Assembly (NCBI RefSeq): GCF_030144855.1
Contig: NC_082729.1
Location: 22,320,001 to 22,384,000 of the forward strand
Reading direction: 5' to 3'
Length of the DNA stretch: 64,000 nucleotides
From: Hypanus sabinus
Taxonomy: Eukaryota
How positions within the stretch are numbered: the first letter of the stretch is position 1; each line of letters starts with the position of its first letter. Made by a program: the position numbers and the translations under genes. Of this stretch, positions 14,901-25,760 are shown piece by piece. The notes under the pieces are model-generated. The model had not been told where the DNA came from and did not search any database. It saw nothing but the letters and a program-made list of their open reading frames with translations.

Positions 14901-15082
14901 AGGCAGGTTACTTTTTGTCATTTAAAGCACAATTGGAAAGGTATAAGGACAGGAAAGGAATGGAGTGTTATTGGCTGAGTGCGGGTCAGCGGGATTAGGT
15001 GAGAGTAAGCGTTCGGCACGGACTGGAAGGGCCGAGATAGCCTGTTTCCGTGCTGTAGTTATTAAATGGTTATATGGTTATA
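11966..15082 (+). mobile_element. CR1 LINE, 5'-truncated (ORF1 esterase C-terminus + ORF2 APE-RT + 3' tail), nested in the Gypsy RT
   Basis: ORF1 SGNH/esterase-like 'WLKTWCRTEGFRFIDNW...GGLHWN..GT.ILAGRF'; APE 'KCIYFNA.SI', 'ISETWL', 'IVGDVNFP', 'LDLLL', 'SDQ'; RT 'SPDAD.IFPR.L', 'HGFVRGRSCLTNL', 'YMDFSKTFDKIPH', 'QGSVLSP', 'YADDA'; (atggttat)n tail at ~15066-15082; Gypsy RT 'TKID|LLK..VPLTD' rejoins across it. Confidence 0.93.
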
Positions 15083-16222
15083 TGTTAAAAGTGTGTTGTT
15101 CCATTGACGGATAAAGGCAGAGAAATGTCTTCGTTTGTAACGCCTTCTGGGTTGTATGAAGACAATGTTCTGCCATTTGGAATGAAAAATGCTGCAGGAA
15201 GATTCCAGACAACTAATGTTTCTGTAATTCAGGTTTTAGAACGGACAGATGCCTACATTGATGATTTAGTCACAGTGGTGACACATGGGAAGCACATATT
15301 TCTGCAGTGGAAGAGTAGTTTGAAAAGCTCTCGAAGGCTAACATTACAGTAAAATTAGCTAAGAATGAATCTGATCATCCCACTGTGAAGCATCTTGACT
15401 GCGTTTTAGGTCGAGGCAAATTGTCTCCTTTTCAGGCAAAAGTTCAGACAATTTCTGAAGTTCCCATTCTAACTTGTAAAAAGGCTCTTAAAAGGTTTCT
15501 GGGAATAGGTGGATATTATCGTAAACTCTATAAGAACTTTGTTGATATAGTTCTCCCTTTGACTAACCTTCTGAAAAGGGTAAAAAGATTGTTTGGACTC
15601 TGTCAGGAGGCATTTGGTATATTCAAAGCCATTTTATTCCACCAACCTGTACGCAAGTGACATGACTTTGCAAAGCAATCCACAAAAGCTGTGGATACCA
15701 GTGAAGAAGCTGCAGGATCAGTATTATTACAAAAGGATGATGATGGAGTTGACCATCATGTTAGTTACTTTACGAAAAAATTCAATGAGCATCAAATTAT
15801 TCCACCAGAGAAAAAGAGTTGTTGTCACTTATCTTAGCTCCGCAGCATTTTGATGTGTATGTTTGCCCAGCTTAGAGACCAGTTGTGCTTTATATAGATC
15901 ATAATGCATTGGTGTTTTTGAGTAAGGTGAAGTACAAAAACAGACGGTTGTTAACTTAGAGTCCGATTCTGCAGGAATATAACATTATGATAACTCACAT
16001 TAAAGGCAAGGATAATACATTGCGGATTGCTTTCCTCGATGTTAAGCTTGCCATGTATTTTGAGAGACATGTGGAATTTATTTTGATTTGTATACTTCTG
16101 TAATGGGTTACATTAGTCTGTAGCATGCTATATAATAACCATACATGTATTGTTTCACATACTGTTGTTTTCAGTTAAAAGTTTGCTCTTTCAGATCAAA
16201 GTATTCCTTTTTAGGAGGGAAG

Positions 16223-16959
16223 TTTCTTTAACTGCTTCTTTAAGAGCGCCTGACTGAGACGGGGCTATGACGTCAGTCACAGGCTGACACTGTTGTCTGT
16301 GGATTTAGTCAAACAGAGAGAGAAGGAGAGTAAGAGAGACTGGGGAAACCTTTAGCTTCAGTTTGTCGCAGCTGAGGCTGGGAACTCTCCTATGCCCACA
16401 AGGATGAGCTGATCATCGGCACTCCGTGCATAATGGTTAATTGACTCTCACTTCATATAATCCATAGGAGTGGATTTTCGGCTGTCCCGTGGGACGACTT
16501 GTGTGTTAACTATTGGCTGGGTATGTTATATGGTACCGCTCGAAGAGGACATTCCTGTGACAGATCACTTTTGGTTATCATTCGTATAAAGATTTGGAAC
16601 TACTCGACGGACAAGATCTTCGACGACTGTTACCTCGTTTTACCAACGTGAAACCTGTGGAATTCGGCATGAATCACTGTGTCTCTACATTCCACTCTGA
16701 ATTACAAAATATCCATTCTATCCATCATTTATTCTGTGGATTGCTGAATCGTACTAATTTGCCGTTTTACGACTTTAATAACTATTTCTAAGCTTGGTAG
16801 TTATACACACTCCCATAACACTGTTAACTTTTTGTTTGTTTCGCTAAATTGCTATATTATAAGTAGATACTAATAACGGTAGTGGTGGCAATATTAAAAC
16901 GGACTCAGTGTGAAATCTCTCGCCGCTGATATGCTTCTAAAATATTGCTGTTCGTAACA
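16223..16959 (+). repeat. 3' LTR of the Gmr1-like element
   Basis: Follows polypurine tract aggagggaag (16213-16222); ends ...ttcgtaaca; homology to duplication unit 2 resumes at 16960. Confidence 0.75.
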
Positions 16960-19272
16960 CTAATCCCACGTACAAGCTTGCTCGTTTGGCATCCGTTCTT
17001 GGGCTTATCTGAAGCTGTTGAACATTTACATCAGGTAAATACAACGAAATCGGCAGATCGTTGAAAGCTGTAGCAAAAATATCAAACTGCGAGGAAGAAT
17101 TCAGCATAGCCACTCCTCATAACCTTTGACACCTTGACTAAACAAGGCTATTATTTTCTGTGGTTGTGCCCTCTAGAAATGGTCTCCTGCACTGCAGGAA
17201 ACATCCCTTCCACGAGCTCCATATCTCGTCATTTCAATAAGCTAAGTTTCTGTGAGTTTTCAGCCATCATCCACCTCATTCATTGGATCTACGACGTGTA
17301 TATATCTGAAACGATCAAGATAATCGATTAACATGTCAATCCCGAGAACGCTGTCGTGAATCTCGTCTCTGCGATCCAAGAACGTCCTTTGTTGTGTGTG
17401 ATTTTCAAACTGATAATTACTCAATGGGGTTTAAAAAGATCTCTTCCAATAGAACCTAAAATGAATGGTCCAAATATTTTAATAATCAACGTGATTACGG
17501 ATTTTATTTATAGAACAGTCCGCTTAACATCAACAGATATTTCACTTCATTCTTCAGCTCCTCCTTGAACTTGCATTGTGTCAGTCCGTAGTTACAAGTG
17601 CTTGCGCAGGTGCTGAGAAACTCCAACATATACCCAAAAATTTGAAATATATATATCGGTATGCTGATGCACCTGTTGGTGTAGAAATAGTTATTAACTT
17701 GCCAGTTTAAATAGTACAGAACATTGGATGTACACAGTAATATGAAATTAGCCGACAGAGAAAACAATAAAATGATTGACTTCCTCCGCTTTTCCAACTC
17801 CGGATCCTTCTCATTCTCGCTGATATTCCACAGTCTCCGGCAGGTCTTATTTGCTGCAACAATGTGCCTGAATGCTAAAGTATTGAACAGTAACAGTAAA
17901 CAGATTGGTGATAAGTTGCGTTGGTGCCTAGCAATGCATAGGCTTTCCACAAGGGCGAAATAAAATATTGAGCTTTCGCTGCAGAGCAACATGCATCCAC
18001 TGCAAAGTACCTCGGATAGCCCTAGCAGAGCTGACTGCACAAGCCGTTATTATCACCACTGTCTCCCTTCTCTCGGTTCAATATCGTTTTCGCAGCGCCT
18101 GACAGCAGATGGCGATATAACGTTCGAATCTGAATGTAACCATGAAGTAAAAGTAACAGTCCACGTTTGTAATCTGCAGACGACCATGACCGAGCACACT
18201 GGGGTCACGAGCAAGAAATCAGCAAACAATGAAATACAATTAATCTGCACCAAAATAACGAAGACGGTAAACACCATGAGACATGACTACCAGCCAGCGA
18301 GTGATTCATTTGGAGAGACGACATTTTTCGCCGGACAGGATCACAATAGCCGTTAAATTGACTGGACAAAATAATGAAAATATAACTGACCCAGAGTGCA
18401 GAAGGGATATCGTTTCCATGTTAAAAAAATACTAATCGTGGAAATCGGCTATGGTAGCTGACAAACTATCAGTCCATCTACCGTGGCCGAGATTGGATGC
18501 GGATAGCCCATGAACTCTGACAGTCCTCCAGCAATTTAGAACTGATAATATTGATAGCTTTGCGTCCTGGGGCTAAAGCACAGGGGGAAACAATGAGGAC
18601 ACTGAGATGTATTTCGTTTTTAAAAAAACAGTATACCCTTGAGCGATAGTGATTCGAAGTCTGCAGATGACCGGATACCTTTTACAATCTGGACTCTGAG
18701 GTGAACGCATACAGTGCATATGTAATGGGGCGGGCAATTTGCTGGGAGAGGCACGCTGCTTGACATCCCTACACAAATTTAAATTAACACCTTTCGGGAA
18801 AGCGCCTTTTGACAAAAAAAAAACACGAAGCGTGTGAGCAGCGTTTGGCTGTTGAGAAGAATTAATAAGCATTAGATTATCTGGGACAGGAGTAGTGCAG
18901 CAGAACACAAATTATGGGACCAATCCATTCAGAAGCACCAATCTGAAAACGTGAGTAGTGTAGAAACAGATAGATACAATTCTTAGAGAACAGCACTATT
19001 CCTGGTTGGAGAAGGGAAGATAATTAACTGACAGTCAGAATTATAAGTTCTGGAAAGTTACTATTTTTTTAAACTTTATAAAGTACTCCAAGAAGCAGAC
19101 TATTTTATTGATGAAGCCTCAGCTGGAAGTTACGGGGATAACATGAAGGAACATCTCAGAACATTTCAAAAATTGAGTTACTTCTCACTGACGGTATAAA
19201 AGGTACATAATGAGAGGTAATTCAAAAATATGTGGCAATCATATCGTCCCTCCAGAGGAATTTGTTTGTTTG

Positions 19273-19867
19273 TGTAACCCTCCGTCCGGCAAGCGGCTTC
19301 GTCTCGGAGAAATAGTCCTCGGCCCGTCCAAACTTAAGAAGTCTCGTTTGAGAGGATCCTGCGAGATCTGTCCACTGTTACAAATTAATACTGTGAAATA
19401 ACGAACAGTACACAATATGCAATTAAACGATTGAGCTTTATAATTCTTTTCTTGACTCTATGGTTAATAAAGGAACACAAAGAAAAAATACAAAAAGCCC
19501 CATTCCCATGAAACTGTCTAATGCGCAATCGCTGGAGCTCATGGTTTCTCCATTTGATTGCGTCGACCTCCTCCGAGCGTAGCCGACCCTCGGACCTTCG
19601 CTCCTCAGTCCACTCCGTTCGGCGGTCTACCAACTGTCTCAATTCGGATCCTCTCTCTTCATCGCTCCCCGAGAAAATACCGCGAAATCTCTTTTCCCAG
19701 AACCACAACAAAGAATAACATCCCCTCGTTAGCTCACCGATATTCCAAAGGCCCGGTTATCTCCAGTCATAACCCAGACATTGTGGCTACAGAGAAACTA
19801 TTACCTTAGCAGTAAAACATTACAGAGCAGGCATTACATTAGCAGTGAAACCTTTCAGCTCGTTACA
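19273..19867. mobile_element. Solo LTR (~595 bp) in the intron of pseudogene A
   Basis: TGTAAC...GTTACA termini, near-TSD tttg/tatg, absent from the paralogous site (~41430); shares motifs with 62545-63138 and 33453-34096. Confidence 0.75.
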
Positions 19868-19910
19868 TATGGGTCATCGGTATTTTCTACACGTACAAAA
19901 ATGGATGCGT

Positions 19911-20066
19911 GGACACTGTTTAATTATATTTCAAGTTCTAATTCAGCGTAGAGACAGCTTAACTCTAATTGAAGTTCAAAATAAGTGCAGAGACAGTTTA
20001 ACTCTACTTCAAGATCAAATTGAACGTTGACACAGTTTAACTATAGTGTAAGTGGAAATTAAGCTC
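19911..20066. repeat. 39-bp tandem repeat, ~4 degenerate copies
   Basis: Unit like gagacagcttaactctaattgaagttcaaaataagtgca. Confidence 0.7.
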
Positions 20067-20302
20067 GCATAAACGGCGTGCGCAAGCAGCTCGTTGCACA
20101 CTCTCTCCCCACTCTTACAGCCCTCATGATCCCCTTAAACTTTTCACCACTTACCCTTAATCCATGACGTATTGAAGTTCCACCCAAATTCAATGGGGAA
20201 AAAAAAAACATCTTATCTTTCTCTATTTTTTCCCTTCAAAATTTTGTATGCCGATGCTAACTCTCCACTCAAACTTCTGGGTCGAAGGGATAAAACCCCC
20301 GT

Positions 20303-20516
20303 TGTTGTGTATGTGGCCTGTTTACACAACTACGTTATTAATTAAAACTCTGGAGACCGGAACTAAGTTCCATGGTTCTGTTCTGGTAGAGTCCGAACTT
20401 TGACACACACATACAGACCAATACGCGCCTAATAGCGCATGCAATGACGTAGGTAAAGTAAAGTAAAGTAAAGTAGTCCCTTATTATAATGTCGGCTCAA
20501 CGGTACACCCCTCCCC
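20303..20516 (-). mobile_element. Short LTR-like fragment with adjacent polypurine tract
   Basis: TGT...TACA ends (20303-20507) followed by cccctcccc (PPT on minus strand). Confidence 0.4.
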
Positions 20517-23500
20517 GTTTTTTTATTCGTGTACCACCTGTTTTTCTCTTTACTGGGGCACTATGCTAAACAAATATGTTTACCCTGAACGTACAAGCGC
20601 CTACCATTTGTTTACAAATTATAACTAAGTAACTTAATAATATCAAATTGTAACAGGCCTCGTTTAACAAGCGAGTTTAAACTAAATCCGGAGCCAGTGC
20701 CTTACCAGGAATACTGACAGCTGCAAATACAGGATAATAACTGCTGACAATATGGAAAAATTGCCGGATATCCCAGCTTCCGTTTGAAGTGAGATTCCGA
20801 GTATGAAACCTCTTACTACCACTGTTTTAAGGTGCTCTTACATTTCAGCCGGGGTGCCCACCTCAGTTATATTTGTAACTACTGTTCTGGGAAACTGCTT
20901 TCACTGATTATGTCGTGACGTATTCCATAAACTCTTTGACGGATATTATACGTAATCTGTGTTCTGATTATCGTGACAGAAATTCATGGGAAAGCATTGT
21001 ACGTCCTATTGTGTGTCAAATTAAATGCGTGTTGTTCGCTTTAAACAAATTAACAATAACATTAGAAAAATAACTTAGACTATAACTTAAAGGCAGTCTG
21101 TATCTAATTTAGAAGTGAAGTGGGGGAAAACATTGTTGGAAGGGATAGGTTAACATTGGGGTAGCGATCCCTGATTACTCCTGGTACAGTGCTGGAGATG
21201 TTAGGGACGGAGAAATAGGCTAGGTGAATGTGCGGCTGAAGAGTTACAGTTTCTTCTTGAAGCCAAGTCTGTTCCATTATTGTGGTCTCTTCTGAGGAAG
21301 AGGCCAGGTATACAAACTGAATAGGTTTCACTACTACACGACGGGAGCAATATGCTACCGGAGAAATTTTCTTTTGCTGTAGGGAGACAGTTTACATTAG
21401 ATTGGAGGGGTGTGGTAGAATCGAGAGAGAATTCTTTGTGATAAAGCTGGTTCGAGTTTTTATCAGTGCTGGAGCTGTAGGGATCGTTTGAACTGATTTC
21501 GCAAGGGATTGAAATATGAGTGATTTTGCTGAGGATGCAGAAGCTGTTTTACAAAAAGAGGAAGTGTGTACTGAGATTGATAGTGTTTCGCAACCAGCAA
21601 CGATAGATATGAAATTGAGTCGGGTTTTTTTTGTGTATTTCTGTAGTGCATTTGCTATACACTATACCCTATATGCAATGGCGTTCAATGAACGATAAGC
21701 TACAGGAGACTGTATTAGCGGAATGGGTGTTGGACGAGTTGATGAACCGTTCAGAAGAAGTGGACCGAGTGTTTCGGCAGAGTGGACAATTTCTGTGCTG
21801 AACGTAGCGATGTGTAAACAAACTACAATCTTCAGCTAGTTTTGTGAAACAAAAATTCTGTGATCGTAACAGCTGACTTCGAAATCGCTGAAGTCACTGG
21901 AGGACAGCAATAGCAGCAGGAATTTAACAAAGCGATTATTTCAGTCTGATATTTCCCATAAAATATAATTAAGCAAGAACAAGAACCATTAATTTATGGT
22001 ACCACAAATGCCAGATAAGTGAAATATAAGTTTAAACGTTTTCTTATAATAAGGCTGTAGTAAATGTTGAAGATAAAATCTACAGAGGCAAATAGTGAAT
22101 TTCCCTGACTTGAGGATCTACGCTGGGAACACTATAATTCCTGCAAAGTTTTGCAATCTCCGCGCAGATGCGTTCCTCTTCCTACCGATGACGATAAGCA
22201 GGCCTAAGGTACAATCCCAACAAGTCGGTAATCAACTTTTTCCATCTGAGATCCGCCCAGAAAACCCCAATGGATGACCCTTTCGTAATTCTACCTCGGG
22301 CACTTGCCTTCACATTCTTCTTAATCAAAAATACCGTTTAATCTGTTCTACGGTCAATGGTCGCCAAGTGCTTTCACACTAACACCTCAATCACTTGCCC
22401 TGCCCCATTTCCCATGTGCAAATCATGCTTTCTCTCTTCCTGGTTAGGTCTACTACACGTTGCACCAGGGCACAGTTATGAACACAGTTAACATTCTCTG
22501 CCTCAGTTAAATTTGTAGCTATCCCAGTCTGTAAAGTTAAAGTTACCAACGCGAGCAAACCTATTCTTTATACAGCTTTCTGAAATCTCCATGGCATTGC
22601 GTTCTTCTCTTTCCCGTTGACCAGGGTGACCTATAGTGCAATCCCAAGAAGGTGGTTATCTCAGCTTCACTCAGACGGTCACTGGAGAGTCCTCATCAAT
22701 ATTGCCTCGGCATAGTGGCGCCACATTCTTAAATGCAACTTCCCCCTTCCCATACCCCTTTCCCACCACCTGCTTTTATCTATATCCCTCCTATAGCACC
22801 TGGATCGTGAAAATGCAACATTAGCATATCCCGTCACCCTGAGTCATGGTTCTGTAACAATTAAAATAGGTAACTATGCACGCCCTGAGCAGAGCACTGG
22901 CTTTGGTAGTTTTCTCTGGAAATTTGGAGGCTGATCGAAAACCTGAGGGGAGTTTACAAAACATAGAAGGTAAAGTTAGTTTATTGTCCTTTCATCGAAG
23001 GGAGAGAAATCAAATACTAGTGGACATGCTTTGATGTTGAGAGACAGAAATTTCAAGTTCGTGTGTGGGGTAGATTTTTACACAGTAGTGTCGGGTGATG
23101 GAACACACTGTGCGGAGAGTTAGTGGAAGCATTATGAGGATCAAAATGAAGTCTGCCGAAGGAAGGTCTCCCAATCTCTGAGTTCAAACCTCGAGGTAGA
23201 GCAATTTGAGGAACCTGGAAATAGCACTTATCCAACACGGTAGACGACGAGGAAGTATTCCACTTAATTCTGAGATGCACTTGGAGTATGTAATAGGGTG
23301 GCTTCGAGAGAGATTCTCCGTGTCTCTCGTCTTGGGAGTGTCAGTTGCGACCATGTTGATGGAGTATTTGTAACTATGAGCGTATGACGAGACGGTGTAG
23401 AGGTTGATACATCTTTGTCAAAAGTGAGATGATTACAGACAATTCCAGAACCCTTAACAGCACCGATAGACAGAAGGGTCTTACGTTTCAAGTCTAGAGC

Positions 23501-23871
23501 TCCCAGTATTTCCACATAATAGCTGTCTTGTGAAGATAGTGCTGGCCATGCTTGCCTTCGTTGGTTGGGACGTTGCAAATCAGATTTGATAACTTGTGTT
23601 GCAGAAGTGCAAACCATTGGCGAAGCTGCGCTTCAACAGGACTGTACAGTCTGAACGACACATTACTGGAAGAATGTGGAGCCATTAGAGCGGGTGCAGA
23701 CGAGTTTCACCAGGATGCTGCATGATTATTAGTTAATATAAGCGGTATGTCAAAACACAGAGAGAGGCATCCACCGTGGAAACCGCTTGTTGCCGAATCC
23801 CACTTAGAACACCTGAGAGGATGCAGTTTGAATGAAGCTCCACGACGAGTTCGACCAGGCACCGGCTGCAA

Positions 23872-24795
23872 CTAAGATGCTGGATTGGGAGGGTCGGTCC
23901 GAAATACAGCCTCTTCTTCGAGGAAGGCCAGACGGAGCGAGGAGGCAAGGGAACGTCTGAAGACCTGGCGAAAGTCGCGGCCGGTGAAGACGTAGAGAAA
24001 AGGGTTGAGTGCGCTGTTGAAGCTGGCCATGGCGATGGCTATATAATTCCAACTTTGAGCGCAATAATTGAAAAAGACTGATGCGAAACTGGTACAGTAG
24101 TACGGGAGCCAGGACGCTATAAAGGCGGCGAACATGATCAGGATGAGGCGGATGGGCTTCCTAGACTTATTGAACTTGTCCCGGTGTAGCTTAAGACCGA
24201 TCAGGGCACAGCAGATGGTCATGATCACGACGGGGATGACGAAGATAAGGACAGCCCAAGTGACCTTCAGAATGTCCCCTGTCATCTGCCCAAAATAATG
24301 TTTAATCTTGTTGTACAGCAGGGTGATCATACAGGCGAGGATGGAAAGGCCGCAGACCACGGTGAAGGCCGTATGTACCCAACGCAGCTTCATGTGTTGA
24401 TAGTACCAAACGGGCTGAGTGACGGCTATGCAACGGACGATGCTGATCACCGTCAACATGAAGACGCTGATGGATCCGTTGTAGACGATGGCAGAGAACA
24501 GCAATGTCAGATGTAAGTCGTCAAAATTCAACGTGCCTTGTCGGGCGACGTCGACGATCCAGAAGGGGAGGGTGAGGCAGCAGATTATGTCTGCCACAGC
24601 CAGGTTCAGGAAACATGTTGTGTGTATCTTTCTCTCCATCTTAAAGCCCGTCACCCAAATGACAGCGCTATTCCCGGGAACGCCGAGCAGGAAGGCGATG
24701 ACATAGGAGATCATGGTCAATTTATAGACGGCTGGGTCATTGGATGTGTTGTTCCCAGCAGTGGTATGGTTACACATATCCTCCTGGATTGACAT
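23872..24795 (-). CDS. Chemoattractant-type class A GPCR (C3a/C5a anaphylatoxin receptor, CMKLR1 or FPR-like), 307 aa, apparently intact
   Basis: Open ORF with 7 hydrophobic segments; 'FLLGVPGNSAVIWVTGFKM', 'FLNLAVAD..CCLTLPF', 'SVFMLTVISIVRC..V.QPVW', 'SWLPY', 'ASFNSALNPFLYVF.GRDFR'; N-glycosylation sequons in N-terminus; candidate splice acceptor ctctctcAG just upstream (exon start 24814). Confidence 0.9.
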   Translation of the reverse strand: MSIQEDMCNHTTAGNNTSNDPAVYKLTMISYVIAFLLGVPGNSAVIWVTGFKMERKIHTTCFLNLAVADIICCLTLPFWIVDVARQGTLNFDDLHLTLLFSAIVYNGSISVFMLTVISIVRCIAVTQPVWYYQHMKLRWVHTAFTVVCGLSILACMITLLYNKIKHYFGQMTGDILKVTWAVLIFVIPVVIMTICCALIGLKLHRDKFNKSRKPIRLILIMFAAFIASWLPYYCTSFASVFFNYCAQSWNYIAIAMASFNSALNPFLYVFTGRDFRQVFRRSLASSLRLAFLEEEAVFRTDPPNPAS

Positions 24796-25259
24796 ATTCT
24801 TCCAAGTGGTGAGTCTGAGAGAGTTAGGGAATTTGTGGATGGGGAGTGTGAGGGGTAGGAAAGATGGACAGATAGAGAAAGAGTGTGTGCATTATTAAGA
24901 GGGCAGAAGATTCGGCAGTCCTGCCGAGCCCTCTTCTTGTCCCTGCTACTGACGGATCACCCTCCTCACCGCTCCTCCCACAGTGCCAAATTCTCTGCTC
25001 ACCGCCTCTCCCCAAACGCAGCTCTCCCGCCTCATCGCCTCCTGCCAGCCCTGCGGAACCTCCTCAACGCACATCACCAACCCCCCAACCCCCAGTGCGA
25101 CGCTCCCATCTAACGGCTCCCTCCACGGAGTGGCAATCCTTTCTCACAACAATTCCCATAACGATTTGGGGCGAATGGCACGGGGAAGTACTGATACGTT
25201 CTCACCCAGTGGAAAACGTTCTGGAGTTGTAGACCGTCAAGATGGGTCTAATGCTTAGA

Positions 25260-25760
25260 GTAGGGGGTGTATCAGTTATTGATATGAGGAGAGAAATGCC
25301 AGATGGAATTTGATCCGTGGAAGCGTCACGTTCTGCACTTTGGGAGGTTGAATTTAAGGGAAAAACATGCAGTTAATCGTATTACCTTTCGAACCCTGAA
25401 GGAGAGAGGAATCTGGGGATTCAAGTCCCTCGGTCCTTAAAAGTGCATAAACAATATCGAGCGTGTTTAAGAAGACATGTGCCACGTTTGCTTTTCCTAA
25501 CATAACGCCTCGGATATTTGGTCAGGAGGTCTTGTCACACGAGGTTGGATTTGGAATATTGTTTGCAGCTCTAGGCACCACATTACAGGAGGGATCGGGA
25601 GGCGCTCGCGAAGGGGCAGGAGACGTTCATCACGATTTGTATTGGATTTGAGGGTTCGAGTTAAAAGGAGCAGTTGAAAATATTAGTCTTTTTTTTCCGG
25701 AGCATATGGGCTGAGAATGGAGGCTCATAAAACTATGAGATGCACAGATAGGAAAAGTAG
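25260..25760 (+). mobile_element. Degenerate CR1 RT C-terminal fragment
   Basis: '.W..KCQMEF...K..VLHFGR.N', 'E.RNLG.QV', 'LEY..Q...P.Y..D...LE..Q.RF'. Confidence 0.6.

Larger units (their letters stand above)
8886..16959 (+). mobile_element. Gmr1-like Ty3/Gypsy LTR retrotransposon, 5'-deleted and decayed (gag SCAN-like/CCHC - PR - IN - RT - RH - PPT - 3'LTR)
   Basis: gag 'LIQEFKRCVP..IKTYLD..TL.ESAKLADEFALTH' and 'CRYCRKAGH' (8895-9220); protease 'ILRDTGAFQSFI' (~9680); integrase 'DCIGPLPKTKAGHQYLLTIMC', 'FGLPKEI.SDQG', 'YHPE.QGALER' (~10300-11250); RT 'IKQH.YR', 'RFCTNYRKVNAVT', 'LPFGMKNA', 'AYIDDL'; RNase H '.DHN.LVFL', 'HIKGKDN..AD' (~15600-16045). Confidence 0.93.
17510..20776 (-). pseudogene. 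GPR139-like orphan GPCR pseudogene A (exon 1 20776-20706, exon 2 18361-~17510)
   Basis: Exon 2 'VNLTAIVILSGEKCRLSK*', 'TPVC', 'KDPELEKRRKSIILLFSLSANFILL', 'STCASTCNYGLTQCKFKEELKN'; exon 1 'GYPAI.HIVSSYYPVFAAVSIP' + GTAAG with ATG>CTG and a 1-nt insertion; stop codon and frameshifts. Confidence 0.88.
1440..22080. repeat. Segmental duplication unit 1 (homologous to ~34380-45120 and partly ~50860-53800)
   Basis: Colinear non-TE matches by eye: 1440-5120 with 34380-37850; 8260-8880 with 38470-38990; 16960-19270 with 39084-41435; 20690-22060 with 43620-45110. Confidence 0.85.

Noticed and set aside
24883-25258. Pro/Ser-rich ORFs in the C-rich region upstream of the chemoattractant receptor
   Set aside because: Low-complexity composition with no motif; may be intronic or regulatory, but the sequence alone does not support a call
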